A stretch of DNA of 64,000 bases from Oopsacas minuta (taxonomy: Eukaryota > Animalia > Porifera): NCBI GenBank assembly GCA_024704765.1, contig JAKMXF010000177.1, forward strand, positions 124,001 to 188,000, read 5' to 3'. The translations under genes and the position numbers were made by a program. Of the stretch, positions 63,709 through 64,000 are shown piece by piece. Within the stretch, counting starts at the first letter, position 1; the number at the start of each line of letters is the position of its first letter. The notes below the pieces were generated by a model. That model saw only the letters and a list, made by a program, of their open reading frames with translations, ran no database searches and was not told the DNA's origin.

Positions 63709-64000
63709 GGCCTCAATGTTAGATGATAAAATGTTTGCCAGATTTATTGTCCGCGGGGGCGCTCCTTGTCAGTGTTGCTCCGCAGGACAAACTGATGTAT
63801 CAGAGCCTGAAGTTGTAATAGCAGGCTTTCGCTTCATTACACGTTGACGCAAGCGATCAAAGATACTATCGCAGAGCTAACTTCGATGGAAAGGAGCTTA
63901 CAGCTTATCTTTCCCAACAACGAGCTGGAATCACTTATGAACCTGCAAGTTCAATTGAAGTCCTTCCTACTGCATCTTTACACTCATACTTACGTATTCT
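63709..64000 (+). mobile_element. Transib-like element B, right part (runs off window)
   Basis: SMLDDK..GGAPCQCC..AGITYEP..SLHSYLRI, homologous to ORF 50163 (GITHKP..SPLHAYL). Confidence 0.7.

Noticed and set aside
1-64000. tRNA, rRNA or other structured RNA genes
   Set aside because: No cloverleaf or conserved rRNA motifs were recognised by eye; a covariance-model scan would be needed to exclude them.

Overview
AT-rich eukaryotic (probably invertebrate animal; inference) genomic DNA made up mostly of DNA transposons. The one recognisable host gene is IFT80-like (minus strand). Exon 1 (45744-45253) splices in frame to exon 2 (5982 downward) across a ~39.3-kb GT-AG intron packed with Tc1/mariner, hAT, MULE, Ginger2, Transib-like, Chapaev3-like, LINE and MITE remnants. 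The two 5' exons are open (~290 aa, about one WD40 propeller), while the 3' half is frameshifted and interrupted by P-like and Chapaev3-like elements. Two transposons look intact: a DD37E Tc1-like element (11100-12443) and a Chapaev element (46830-49645). The most notable object is a 5.9-kb Ginger-type transposon (57777-63708; TGT..ACA ends, GGCC TSD). Its 7-exon gene encodes an H2C2 + DD35E integrase fused to a C-terminal USP/C19-like cysteine-peptidase domain, with one in-frame stop. All alignments were made by eye from recalled family motifs; no database search was run. No rRNA, tRNA or CRISPR array is supported.
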